From: Piedraia hortae CBS 480.64
Lineage: Eukaryota
Length of the DNA: 64,000 bases
Direction of reading: 5' to 3'
Assembly: GCA_010093745.1 (NCBI GenBank)
Contig: MU005973.1
Span: 124,001 to 188,000 of the forward strand
The notes under the pieces were generated by a model, which did no database searches, had not been told where the DNA came from, and saw only the letters and a program-made list of their open reading frames with translations. Below are positions 10,950-23,800 of the stretch, in pieces; positions within the stretch are counted from its first letter, which is position 1; every line of letters begins with the position of its first letter. The translations under genes and the position numbers were made by a program.

Positions 10950-12520
10950 GGGCATGTGTTAGTCGCAGAGAAATTCTGATAGCGGAACCCCCAAGAGATC
11001 CCACCAACAATTTTCGGACGGACATTGCGACTGCCCTTGAGCCATCATGTCTTGGCCCCTTTGACCAGCTGTTCCGTCGGGTCGGGGGCACGGTCATCGT
11101 TCTCAAAATTGGGCTGCTTTGCCGGCTAGCTGTACCGGATTGGCACACCGGCACAAAAGTCCTTGGTGAATGTACACCACAAAGTGCTCCATGGTCTCCA
11201 CTATCGATAATTACTTCCTGGGCGCATGGCGCTTGAAGTTGTTGCCCAGCGATTCTTGGGCATTGGTGTCTGTCGACGTCCTCGCCTTCAAATTGCCAGC
11301 CATTGCTGGGAAGATGTTCTCCCCTCGATTGATATGCCAATCGAGGCATGGCTTGGCGTTTGGATACGTGCGCGCGATCTCGAGAACAATGTCCAGGGAT
11401 TTTTTTTTTGGCGGTCATAGGCTGTAAAAGTTTGATGACGGTGGCTTCAAATGATTTCTGCCATTGCCGGCGGAATGATATTGCCACCACGAGCGCATCA
11501 GCGGATAAATCACCGTGAATCCACATCATGATCAGCAGGGAAGCCGCAATGTTTGCGGATCGCTTGCTCAAACCCTACCCTCTCGGCATCCGAAAAGTCG
11601 CAAGTGTTGCCGGGGGATGGACTTTCACCGTTTTCCCAGTCATCAAGATTTCTCGACGTTTTCAAACTGTCGAACAAGACAGTAAAGTGGCGTTCGTAGT
11701 GGTCGGCAGACTTTCCCAGTAAGATCGTCACCACCAGGGGGGTTGAACGCTTGATGAACGAACAGTAGCCTGAAGTGATAGCGATGTTCACTAGACAGTT
11801 CTTATCCACCATGAAGTTCTCCAGCGAATCTGTTCTTAGAATTAAGATTCCCTGACATCAGTCTGGCTCCGCATGTATGCAATCTGCAAGGATATGTGGT
11901 CGTTCGAAGGATCCAGGCTCGTGCTGACCATGGTCGTCTCCCCACTGTTGTCTTGAGATGTTACCAGACTAGCAAATGTGGAGTTGACACAGGTGGCCTG
12001 CAGTGCCTTGTAACGAATGTGTTGTACTCGTGAGAGGATTTCAAAGGCATCGTGCTCATCGACCAAAGGCTTCCGGTAAAGTGTTCCCATCTGAAGGTGA
12101 CGAGGTGCCCTGAGCCCGTTGCCTGCCAAGTTTACGACTATTGCCCACAAATGATTGAGTTGGTGATTAGCAGGCATGAATCGGACGGGACCGTCTGGTA
12201 TCTAGGTGAGCTATCTTGTAGACGGTATTGCCAGATTGCAAGCGTGGAAGAGCAATGTGACACCATGAGCTTGATCGAGCCCCTTTCGTGCTCTGCCCTA
12301 TCCCGAGATCCGGTTTAGATGCGCACACTACTCTTGCCATACGGCCTTATGGTACTCGTATTTCGATTTGACCTTGGTCGCTGAGAATTTAAAGTTGAAA
12401 TCGAAGCAAATCAATCGGCAAACGCTTCTGCCAGTCATTGGCGCTAATGGTGATGTTGTCACCTGAGCAGCCTGAGGAGTTCAAGTCCGCAAGCCACTCT
12501 TTGCCTTGCTCGTCTTTTTA
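10950..12520 (-). mobile_element. Decayed Mutator-like (MULE) DDE transposase pseudogene
   Basis: Across frameshifts the minus strand reads 'LRTDSLENF' (D1), 'PLVVTILLGKSADHYERHF', 'GNTCDFSDAERVGF' (D2) and 'YPNAKPCLDWH...IFPA...TDTNAQESLG' (TNxxES, catalytic E, 11250-11267). The CxxH motif appears lost. Boundaries are approximate. Confidence 0.7.
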
Positions 12521-13488
12521 GGTATGAGCCGGCCGCCTCTGAGAATTACCCACAACCGCCAGTGGTTCTGTAGGCCATGGGATGCTGCCTTTATTGTTCG
12601 AAACTGCCTGCGTATTGGAGAAACATCTTTTTAAAATCAGGGATGTTGGTGTTGGAGGTTGAGAATTTTGCGGGGATTGTGCGCGGATCGCGCGGGTTAG
12701 GCTTCGGGATCTTGCAACGAATATGCGGGGTTTGACGCGACTTCGGCGGATCCGCAACCACAGATACAGTAAACCGCGGTGGGTGCTATTACAATCAAGA
12801 TCGCGTGAGCCCCAACTGCTACTGTTTGTGCATCAAGGATCATATGTCATGCTCCACAAATTTGAATCACGTAAGAAGCGAGCGGAGCTCGACCGGCTTT
12901 GGGAGGAAATGTATACCCGCAAACTTCTCTTTATGGACTAACTAGAAATTTTTACAGTGGACTGTACACTGAAAACATAATGGCAATGTGCAAAAATATT
13001 TCCCGACTCAAGTACGTTATATCCAACCTCTCAGCTATTACGCAGCACTCGATGCAGAATCTTTCGCGAGCTCCAGTGCGCCCATGCAGTCGGCATCTCC
13101 GTTTGGCAGTATATCCCTCACCTCCGGGTACAAGAGCATGTGTTGCAATTGCACGTGATATGAATGTGGATGTAATAGTCCATGCCTGGAATCTCTCCAG
13201 GGATGCTAGGAATGCCCGTACAAAACAAGTAACTTAGCATTCCTTCCCCCTCTCGAGTGAAGATCCGGAATCCCAATGCTCACAGCTTTATTGTCTCTCC
13301 TTGTCCTTCTTCGCATGCAGCCATTAAGTCGCTCCTTTCTCCTTCTCCAGTTGCAGCCACCAAGTCAACTGTTGTTTTTACAATACCATCTCCTTTTTGG
13401 CATTGCCTGAACAAACAAGATCCTTGCATATAAATAAGCTCACTGGTGGACAGCAGAGAATTTTTAACTCCAGCACAGCTACAACAAC

Positions 13489-13785
13489 ATGTCTACCACC
13501 ATGTCCACCCTTGAAATCACTGAACGGCAAGTCGAGGATGATCACTCCTCCAACGCAGACAACATGTCAACCCCTGAAATGACTGAGCATCAGTTCGAAG
13601 ACCGCCTTCTTGATGCAGAAGACCTTATCCGTCATGAACTTGACCAGGGCGAGCCCACCAATTCTGAGCCACCGAACATCCAGCCTCGCCAAGCCTCCTC
13701 TGACGAAGATGGTGACAACGGCTCGTCCGATGGGGATCAGGGTGACGACTTCTACGTTCCCCCAAGGCCAAACCAACATCTCTAA
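13489..13785 (+). CDS. Hypothetical acidic protein or gene fragment with an internal ~63-nt duplication
   Basis: 98-aa ORF after a TATA-like 'TATAAATA' near 13430. 'MSTLEITERQVED' is repeated as 'MSTPEMTEHQFED'. It may continue into the overlapping ORF that ends at 14281. Confidence 0.3.
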   Translation: MSTTMSTLEITERQVEDDHSSNADNMSTPEMTEHQFEDRLLDAEDLIRHELDQGEPTNSEPPNIQPRQASSDEDGDNGSSDGDQGDDFYVPPRPNQHL

Positions 13786-16627
13786 AACAATGCAAAACAC
13801 AATGCATCACCAATCCCGTCCAATTTACACGAAACACGAGATACATCGTACACCAGCACCGCGGGCCCGGAGAGGCCACTATTCTACCAGAAGGGTCGAC
13901 CACTGTCATGGATGGAGGAGAGCTCGAGAGGCTGATCCAAGCGAACTCCGGGTTGCTCGTCGCGACGCCGGAGGTCCGGCCGGACGTCAAGTTTATGGGT
14001 TTTTTGCCGCTCTTTGCACAGTCCCGGACCTGAAAACAATGTACCTGCGGATCGACGGCAAAAGCCTCACGAACGCGATGCTAGACAAGCATGCGCTCTC
14101 ATGCATCAAGAAGCGACTAGATTATTGGCGTTGGAACGGGTGGAATATGATGGCGGAGCAAATATTTCGGGGACAATCTAGTATGTATGTAGATAGAACT
14201 GACAAAAAGTATCGTATATTATCATCATCACAGATAAGCTTGCTGGGTATAGAAATTGTCCGATTAAAACATTGTTGCTGAAAGTTTCAATTTCAAAGAG
14301 ACTAGCACATCGCATCACCGTGACAACGTAACGTCATGAAAAGAACGGAGGCGGGCGAGCTCGCCTCAGCCACGACGACCGAAGAGTCTAAGCCTACCAA
14401 CTGCTCCCGATATTCGTAGAAGACAGCCGTCTGTGCTGCATTGAAGACCTTCAGCACTCTTTCCGCACCCTCCTGCCGGCATTCGCAGGCGAGGTCAATC
14501 CCTTAGACCTCGAAGAAGAAAGTGGTTGTTCAGTAACACTAGCGCCCATTCCAGAAGGTGCATGCAAGACCTAATGGAAGGCGCATCATCGGCTGGAAGT
14601 TGGCCGTACAGCCAGGCCATGACCAATTGAGTCCATAAGCTGATAACGTGCTCTCTCACTCCCCTTGAATTGCCTCGACAACTCTTTCGGGAAGATATTG
14701 GTTAGCTCGATCCCATCCTCCCCAAGGCTGGTAGCCGCCCCTGAGCAATTTCATGCAGACAGCGCCAACCCTTGTTGGCTCCACCACCCGTCTCCCAGAC
14801 CCAGCCTGATACTGGTTGTTTTCATTCCATCAAGGTCGACGTGAGAAACTTCCACTAGGACAGACGGAACCAAGTACGTTTGACTTGTCATAGCGGACTG
14901 TTTGCCCTCACAGGTTGACGTTCTGAAAAGCGGGTGGTGGCGTTGTCTACAGTCTCAGGGTAATCAATTAAGCCACCTGGAGATGATATCGACCAGTGCC
15001 TGAGACGTTGGCACCTGATTCATCTTGACATGACGTATAATAGAGTTACCCGTGTTGTCTGCTTTATAACAGGTATGCAAGCCCGATAAAGTTGGTGATC
15101 GACAGCTGAACGAGTCTGAGTTGTTGTGAGAGTGCGAGGGCGAGGGTGAGGTCGAGGGTGAGGATTTATGTGTGTGAAGGTCATGCAGGGTCCTGGGCCC
15201 ACCCTCCTCCGATGCCAACGTCACGGGATAGCGGGGCACTATCACAAGACAGACCTCCTCTGCGAGCTGGACAAAGACAGAAGTCATGCTACCTGATGCA
15301 TAAGGGCTGACTGTACGAGTTAAGGTCAAAATTTTGACCATGTTCTTCTTGGTAGATTTCCCAGAGCTTCCGAACGATTGCAAAGAAGTATCACGCACAC
15401 TGTTCACCATCTTTCACTGATCGGGGTAATGTGGATAGATTCCTCCCCCTCTTATCGTGTGGGATATTTGATGACGCTAGGGGAAATCGCGTTGAAGATG
15501 CTCGTTTGTGATGGGACGTCTATGACAATGTGGTATTCTGGGTGTTTCTTGAGGGCAATGCAGTAGACTGCATTCAGGTCCATACTAGCGGAGCTTCGAT
15601 TGAACAAGAACGTGCGGCTTGTCGCTGGGGAACACAGTGAACAATGGGTTTGTCAGCGGTACGATCGCACGATGGATAAGCTCGGTTCGTTGACTTTGGT
15701 TGTATGCCGTCGTTTTTTCGAACTCGTCGAACTCCAGCGAATGATTGAGTGTTTTACTCTCGGCAGCTCATAACGAGGGGTGCAGAAGATATATCCTATA
15801 TTGTCCACGAGCTATCCTGGCAGCTCACAGCTTACCACGAAAGGGTGATTGAGTCTAATCAGGCTGTCTGGGAACGATGTATGGCCAGATCCAGACAGTC
15901 TATGGAATAGTATGTCTGTTATGAGAACGATGCAACCCACGAGCTGTACACTGAATACCTTGCGAGTCTCACGCTGTCATTTCTCTCTGAGGCATCTCTA
16001 CAGGTCAAGGTGGATATGCCTGTCATGTTCGAAAGCTGGCGGTCATCGAACGGTAGCGCTTTTGTGTGACCAAGATTAAGTTTGCCATTTTGCGGAAAGG
16101 CTGGATGTGCTGACATGTTTAGCCGCGCTGCAAAGGATGCATAAGCTGGATGTATTCCGCATGGAAGAATTCAGCTGTAATCGTATTCAACAGTCTCCGG
16201 GAAAGCTGCTATTTATAGCCATGTCCCGTAATAGCATCGACGGTCGTAATGAAGGCGTCGTTAGATGGAGACGTGTCGCAACTGGCCAATAGAATAGCCG
16301 CCCTATTAGGGTAGCGATGTCTCCCCTTGGGCCACACATCGGCTCGCTCCGCAAGCTCAGCCCCCCTCTCCTCCGCACGTGTCATTCCAGTGAAGCATCT
16401 CCATCCACAACCCTCTTCTGCTCTATTTTCCTGTCAAGCGCATTAATCCTACCAATTTTCACTCGCTCTGCCCTTTGGCTCACGCTCGCTCCCTCGTTAC
16501 TCCAACAACGCGAGGACGGCCCGCCCCGCCCCGCACGTCATCCAGGGTCTTGCCGCGCGCCTCCTTTGACCGCCAGGGCAACAGGCCTTGGGGGCACGAC
16601 TAATTCTAATACACACGCTCACACACG

Positions 16628-18687
16628 ATGAATCTCCGGCTACTGGCGCTCGCCGGCCTCGCCGCGGCCGAGCGCATGCTGTATTCGGACTCGCTGAACA
16701 ACTGTCAAGCGTCGAATCAGTTCAGCGCTACTCAGTTTGACGTGGTACTGACGCCTGCCAATAACTCGCTGGCTTTTAGCATTACCGGTGTCAGTACGAT
16801 TCGTGGTAACATCACGGTCGATCTTGTCGTCATCGCATATGGCTTGCAGGTGTATGAGACCACAATCGACCCGTGTGAGGAGAAGCTGTCGGGTCTCTGT
16901 CCGATGAGCGAGGGCAAGATTGAGCTGCCGCAGTCCAATGTCGATGTGCCGCAGAATGCGCTCGCACAGGTGCCTGGCATTGCCTACACGGTGCCGGATT
17001 TGGACGCAAAGGTGCAGGTTTACTTCAACATGTCGGATACGGGGCGGTCTGCGGCATGTGTCGAGGCCGAGCTGTCAAATGGAAAGACGGTGAACCAAAG
17101 GGGCGTCGCCTGGACGGTTGCTGTCATCTCCGGTCTTGCGCTGCTGGCATCGGCCATTACTTCGGGTCTCGGTCACTCCAACACGGCTGCGCATGTGGCT
17201 GCCAATGCGCTGTCATTGTTTGGCTTCTTCCAGGCGCAAGCCCTCTTTGGCATGGTTGCCGTCCGTCTGCCGCCTGTCGTCTCTTCCTGGACGCAGAACT
17301 TTCAGTGGAGTATGGGCATCATCCGCGTTGGCTTCATCCAGAACATTGCCACTTGGTATCAGCGGGCTACGGGAGGGAAGCCGACGTCGGTGATTGCCAG
17401 CTCGGAAACCACCTCGGTGCAGGTCTTGAAGCGTGGCATCGATTTCCTGTCTAAGCGCGCCATTGTTGAACTGCAGCGCCGCTCAAACACGAACAACAAT
17501 GTGGCCGTGGCTTCGTCCAGCGATTCGGTCGTCGTGCGCGGCATATCGCGCGTCGGATTCGTTGCGCGTATTGAAACGTCCAACATCTTCTTGACGGGCT
17601 ACATGTTCTTTTTGATATTCCTATGGTTCGTTGTCATTGGCATTGCCATCTTCAAAATCGTCTGCGAGGTGCTCACTCGTACCGGCAACCTCCAAGGAGA
17701 TAAGTTCCACGACTTCCGCAATGGCTGGACGACGGTGCTCAAGGGAATTCTGTTCCGCATCGTCATTATCGGCTTCCCGCAGATGGTCGTTCTTTGCTTC
17801 TGGGAGATTACCCGCAACGACTCTGCGGGTGAGATGGCGCTTGCGATCATGACCGTCTTCACAATGATTCTCGTTCTTGCGTGGGCATCGACAAAGGTCA
17901 TTCGTCTCGCACAGAGGAGTATCACGATGCACAAGAACCCGGCATATATCCTCTATTCTGACCCCATTTCCCTTAACAAATGGGGCTTCCTCTACGTCCA
18001 GTTCAAGGCGGCGGCGTACTACTTTATCGTCCCGTTTTTGATCTACATGCTGGCCAAATGCCTCTTTGTCGCGCTCGCACAGGGCTATCCCCGAATGCAG
18101 GCCATTGCCTTGGTCATCATTGAGCTCCTTTACCTTGCCGCTGTTGCCTGGTTGAGGCCTTACATGGACAAGAAGACCAACGCCTTCAACATTGCGATTG
18201 CAGTTGTCAACTTTATCTCTGCGATTTTCATCCTTGTCTTTTCCGGCATTTTTGCCCAGCCGGTGAGTTTGTCGTTCCCCAAACTAGACTCGACTAACAA
18301 TTTGTCCAGGGCATCGTCACAGGCGTCATGGGCGTCATTTTCTTTGTCTACAACGCCGTCGTCGCCGTTGTCTTGCTCGTCATCGTCCTCATCGCATCGA
18401 TTGTGGCCGTCACCCACCGAAACCCGGACACGCGCTACCAGCCCATGCGCGATGACCGCGGAAGTTTTATCAAATCTCAGTCACAACTCACGACTGAGCT
18501 TGATGCCCTAGGCGCCACCGCTCGAGGTGAAAACCATTTCGGCTCGGATAAGCTGGAAACAGAGGGCAGTAAATTCAGAATCGACTCGGACGAGTGGTCT
18601 TCACCGTCGCAGCATCAGACTGGAGGTCGCCCTCAAATGGGTCAAAGAGGAGGGAATGCATGGCAAAGAGGTGCGGGGTATGATTGA
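16628..18687 (+). CDS. Flavin carrier protein / TRP-like channel (FLC/Pkd2 family)
   Basis: Signal peptide, ML-like TRP_N domain ('IAYTVPDLDAKV', 'ACVEAELSNGKTV'), 'WTQNFQWSMGII', 'KWGFLYVQFKA' and multiple TM helices. Intron 18263-18309. Confidence 0.92.
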
Positions 18688-18755
18688 AAAGATGTAAAAT
18701 GTTTTGAACTTTGGCGGTAGGCATTGTCTTGCGGATGATTTTTTCGCTTTGCATG

Positions 18756-18758
<3 letters not shown>

Positions 18759-18796
<38 letters not shown>

Positions 18797-18806
18797 NNNN
18801 NNNNNN

Positions 18807-18840
<34 letters not shown>
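18759..18840. repeat. Poly(T) tract containing a 10-N assembly gap
   Basis: 38 T, 10 N, 34 T between the convergent FLC and STE7 genes. Confidence 0.95.
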
Positions 18841-19266
18841 CTTCGAGGGAGTTGTTGAGGTAGATATGTCATAGAAACGCTGACCTTTACGTTCATAATA
18901 CCGAGTGAGACATCAACCACTTCACCTCTAGGGGTTTGCTATATTTCATGGATTAAATCACTTTTGTCAATCCTACATACATTCACCTGAATGGTCCAAG
19001 TGTCCCCTATCCGCACACACCAACTCTACCAATTATGAGGGCCTCCACCACTTCACAGACATCACCAAACTGTCCAATAAAAGAATTCCCATATCCAACG
19101 TCAGTTCATACATTACCAAATTGCCAATACTTCCCGAAACCCATAACACCTCAAAGAAATCTAACATTCATACCACATAAAAAACCTCTAACCCAGCCAA
19201 GAGCCCTTCAACTCCCCCCAATAAAAAAAAAAATTCAAATCATACCTCATAAACTCATCCCAAGAA

Positions 19267-20659
19267 TCAAACCGCCTTCCCCCTCGTCCTAATCGGAAGC
19301 TGCATCTGTCCCGTCCCCGGTCCGGGGGGGATCGCTCCCTTCCCCCCCTCTTTACTAGCCAACGGTCTAGGTTCGGCATTCCTCCCCCCATCCGGCGACG
19401 ACGAAGTCTTATACGCTGGCGGGGATGCCTCTACGTTTTCCTTCCTATCCGGCGTCGTCGAAACATCCTTCTCCCTATCCTTCTCCTTCTTCCCCCCCCC
19501 CTCCCTTTGTGTCTCCCCCTCCTTAACCTTCCTCCTCTCAACCATCATACTCTTCGCCCACTGCTCCAGATCCACTGGGGTCCTCTTCGCCGCCTGCAAA
19601 AACGGATCACTATCATAAAGTTCCTGCGGGGTCGGCCTATCCGCCGGATCCTTCATGAGACACTTCTCCACAAAATCCTCCAAAATCTGGGGAAACGCAT
19701 CCGATTTAGGAAGCTTCGGGGACGGCTCGAGGACGATTTGTTGCAACAAATCCAAAATCCCCTGGGGTCCGGACGGCTCATCCTCGTCGTCTTCTTCGCT
19801 CGGCATGCTGAAAGGAAACTTTCCAATCGCGAGCTCCATGAGCGCCAGCCCAACCGACCACACGTCAGATTTGACGGTGTAGGGAGACCCTTGGATCCTT
19901 TCAGGAGCCATGTATGTTCCCGTTCCTACGAACGTGTCTGCGACGCTATTCTCGAGTTCAGAGGAGACTCCAAAGTCGCAGAGTTTGATCTGTCCTTTGG
20001 AGTTGACGAGCATGTTTGAGGGTTTGATGTCACGGTGCATGATCCTGTGGGTGAAGTAGAGGTATTTCAACCCTCCGAGGATCGCTTCTGCGATTTTCCC
20101 CAAGACGTCGACGCGGATGGGGCCAAAGGTTTTGGATATGCTATCTAGAGAGCTGGCACTGTTAGCGAGGGTGGGAATCTGGGAAGGGGGGAGGGGGGAG
20201 ATCAGCGTACCCGCAGTCCATGTACTCCATACACATCGTCACATCGCCGCTTTCGTTCATGAATGCTCCGTAAAAGGTGACGATGTAGGGACTGTTGCAC
20301 TCGTGCATGATCTGGAGCTCGCGTACGATGCGTTTTCTCACTTCTTTTTTTGCTTCGACGTGGATGATCTTCCGTGCCATGGTGATGTTGAGGCCGGTGT
20401 GTCGGACTAGGCTTACGGATCCGCCGTTGCCGGCTCCAAGGTCGCGGACAACTTCGAGATCCTCGCTGCGCCAGTCGGGACGGAACTCGACGCCAATTTC
20501 GAGCGTATCGGTGCGTTGCGAGTTGGTGTTGGCGAGGCTCCCCGGGAGTTGGGCGTCTTCGTTGGAGGGCGCAGTGGGTTTGGGTGGTGCAGCAAGCGCG
20601 AGACCTTTGACGTTGCGCCGCTTCATGGAGCGAGGGCCGAATTTGTCGGTGTCGACCAT
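19267..20659 (-). CDS. STE7: MAP kinase kinase of the pheromone/filamentation pathway
   Basis: Docking motif 'KRRNVKGLAL', 'LGAGNGGSV', 'RELQIMHECNSPYIVTFYGAF', 'HRDIKPSN' and 'DFGVS..LENSVADTFVGTGTYMAPERIQG'. Intron 20153-20210. Confidence 0.93.
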
Positions 20660-20883
20660 TGTGGTTGGTGGAGGGATTGGGGCTTTGGTGGTGCTGGGGC
20701 TCCAGGAGGAGCGTGATGGTGTGTCTCTCTCTCCCCGTGCTGGTGGTGGGTGGTTCGTCCATCTCCTTTCACGTGGACTTGATGCCTGAGGCAGAGTGAC
20801 GCATGCGGAAACTTTGCCGAGAGAGCTGCGAACGCGATTTTTGGGACTGCACACCCTCTCTCACTCGCTCTCTTTGAAAAGTC

Positions 20884-23800
20884 ATGGCTACCATGGATGC
20901 GTTCTTCGATAGGGATGCAGAGGTGGGCAGCGATGAGGAGGAAGAGGAGGAGGAGGAGGCGGAGATTGACGATGGTGTTGATGGCACTCCGCGCAAGGCT
21001 AAGCCGGCTAAGCCTAGCTTGGACGATTCCAGCGAGGAGGAAGACGACGACGATGAGGCGGAGATGTCGCGCATCCGTCAGGGCTTCATCGTGGACGAAG
21101 AGGAGGAGGAAGAGGCGCAGCCGCGGGAAGAGCGACGCAAGCGACGGCGGGAGGACAAGACGGAGGACGATGAGCTGGACGAAGAGGATTTGGATCTCGT
21201 CAACGGCCATGTCTCCCAAGAGGACAGGGATAACTCCAAGTACAAGCGCCTCAAGCGTGGCCACCGCGATGACGGGACGCCCGACGGTTCGCGCCCGGTC
21301 GATAACATCTTCTCCGATGACGACGAAGGCGACGCCGGCCGCACAAGACCGGGCTACGGCGACGATCTGGACGACTTCATCGAGGCCGATGAGTTCCCGG
21401 ATGAGGAACAGGGTGATATGGACGACGATCTCGGCATCCGCGCTCCTAAGCGTGGCGGCTTCGCCAGCATCAGGGACCTGGAAGACTCTGGCCTGGGCGA
21501 GGCTGAGCTGGAGGATATGCGCGCTGCGTTTGGCGAGGGCGACGAGTTTGGCTGGGCGCTGGAGGTGGAGGCGCGTCTCAACGACGAAACCGCCGATCCG
21601 GACAAGCCGCTGGAGCTCAAGGACGTCTTTGATCCGTCGCAGCTGGAGGATCGTATGCTGACTGAAGAGGACAACATCATCCGCCTGACCGACGTGCCCG
21701 AGCGCTTCCAGATTGCGCGCAAGACGTATCAGGACCTCAAGGAACTGGGGCTGTCGGAACAAGAGCTCCAGCTGCGGCATCAGGAAGAGGCGGCGTGGAT
21801 GGCCAAGCTGCTGTTCCCGCGCAAGCAACTGGCGCCGGAGTTGCGTGATCCGTTTGAACAGGCCATCAAGAAGGTGCTGGAGTTTATGAACATTGACGAA
21901 TTCGAGCCGGCGTTCATCTTCCACAACCGCAAGGACTACCTCATCCACTCGGAGCACGTTCCCACCACGCCCGATCCCAGCCGTCCCGATGCTCCGGCGT
22001 ATACCATCAAAGCCGAGAAGCTGCTGACGCAGAACGACCTCTGGGACATTCTGGACTACGATCTCAAGTTCCGCATGTTCTGCGAGAAGCGAGAGAATGT
22101 CCAGAGGAGCGTCGAGCTGCTGAAGGAGGCCGCTCCCGACTTTGACGACCCCGTCTTTGACAATCTGCTGCCTCTGGCCACGCAGATCGAAGACATTACC
22201 GACCTCCAGGACTACCTGAACTTCCAGTATTCTTCTTACCTGCGGGAAATCAATATGGCCAAGGCGGAGGCGCAGGGCACACAGAAGAGGGCCCAGGGTT
22301 CGCGTGTGGTGTGGGAAATGGTGCGTTCGGGTCCGGCCTATCATCTCGTGCGAGCGTTTGGCATCAAACCGGACGACTTGGCCCGGAACCTCGATAGATC
22401 GGCTCCCCATCAGTACACGGAAGACCCCGACGTGCGGCCCGACGACATGGCCGACACGTTGGTTCAGGCGCCCGATTACAAGACGGGAGAAGAGGTGCTG
22501 AACGCGGCAAAGGGCATGTTCCAGATGGAAATCACCCGTTCGCCTCGCATCCGCCGTTATCTGCGTAAGATCTACTACGAAAAGCTCGTGTTCGACGTGC
22601 ATCGCACCGAGAAGGGCTTGAAGCAGATTGACGAAGACCACGCCTACTACGAGTTCAAATATCTCCGCAACTGGGAAGCCCGCACCTTCTTGCTGGAGCG
22701 GCCAGAATTGTTCCTGAAGATGATCAAGGCCGAGAGCGAAGGCCTCGTCCAGGTCGGCGTGCGGCTCCAGGGCGAGAGGCAGCTCAAGGAGGATCTGCAT
22801 CGGGCCGTCAAGAGTGACAATTTTTCAGAAGTCGCTGATGCCTGGAACTCGCTGAGAATGGAGTGCGTTGACAAGGCCATGGCCAAACTGCACGATATCA
22901 TTTCTCAGGGCGTCAAGGACAATATCAAAAACGAGTGCGAGAACGCCATCGCCGCTCGCTGCCGCAAAGCCTACACTGACCGTCTCGATCAGGCCCCGTA
23001 TCGTGCGCTGGGTGCTGAGCTGGGCACTCCTGCGCGCGTCCTGGCCATGAGCAACGGTGCTGGTGACCGTGGTGATGCCACCTGCTGGGTCTTCATGGAC
23101 CACGGCCGCGTCCTGGAAAGCGGCAAGCTCGGTGAACTCCGTCTCGCCGTTGCCGAGCGTCAGGTTCCCGATACCGAGGATGTGGCCACGCTGCTGGATA
23201 TCATCGACCGACGCAGACCCGATGTGATTGCAGTCTCGGGCTGGTCGGTTGAGACGCGGCGGCTGTACAAGGATGTCCAAGACATCGTCGAGGTGAAGAA
23301 GGTGATGGGAAACCCCCCCGAGAATAACGACGCAGATGAGCCACCGGAGCCGCTGGATGTCATCATGGTCAATGACGAGGTTGCCCGGCTGTATCATACC
23401 AGCGATCGTGCAGCCCGGGAGTATCCCAACCTGCCACCGGTGGCCCGTTATGCCGTGTCTCTGGCCCGTTATGTGCAGAATCCTTTGAGCGAATATGCCG
23501 CTCTCGGCCGCGATGTCTTGTCCATCAGCTTCGATCCCAATCAGCATCTGATCGATGAGGTCAAGCTGATCAAGGCCCTGGAAACGAGCATGGTTGACGT
23601 GGTGAACATGGTCGGTATTCCTATCAACCAGGCAGTAGCAGATCCCTATGTCGCCAATCTTCTGCCCTACGTTAGCGGTTTGGGGCCGAGGAAAGCGGCA
23701 CATATGCTCAAGATGATCAATGCTGCGGGAGGTGAAATCTTCAACAGAAATGATCTTGTTGGTGACCCAGACCGGAACATCAAGCAGTCCGTGGCGGCTA

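Noticed and set aside
10500..16300. RIP-mutated region
   Set aside because: By eye the island is not AT-rich or TpA-enriched, and decay is mostly by indels. RIP indices were not computed.
14300..16300. Short ORFs in the first island
   Set aside because: No recognisable domain or consistent exon chain could be built, so they are left unannotated.
18759..18840. Poly(A) tail of a retroposed element
   Set aside because: No target-site duplication or element body is visible, and the tract spans an assembly gap, so its length is unreliable.
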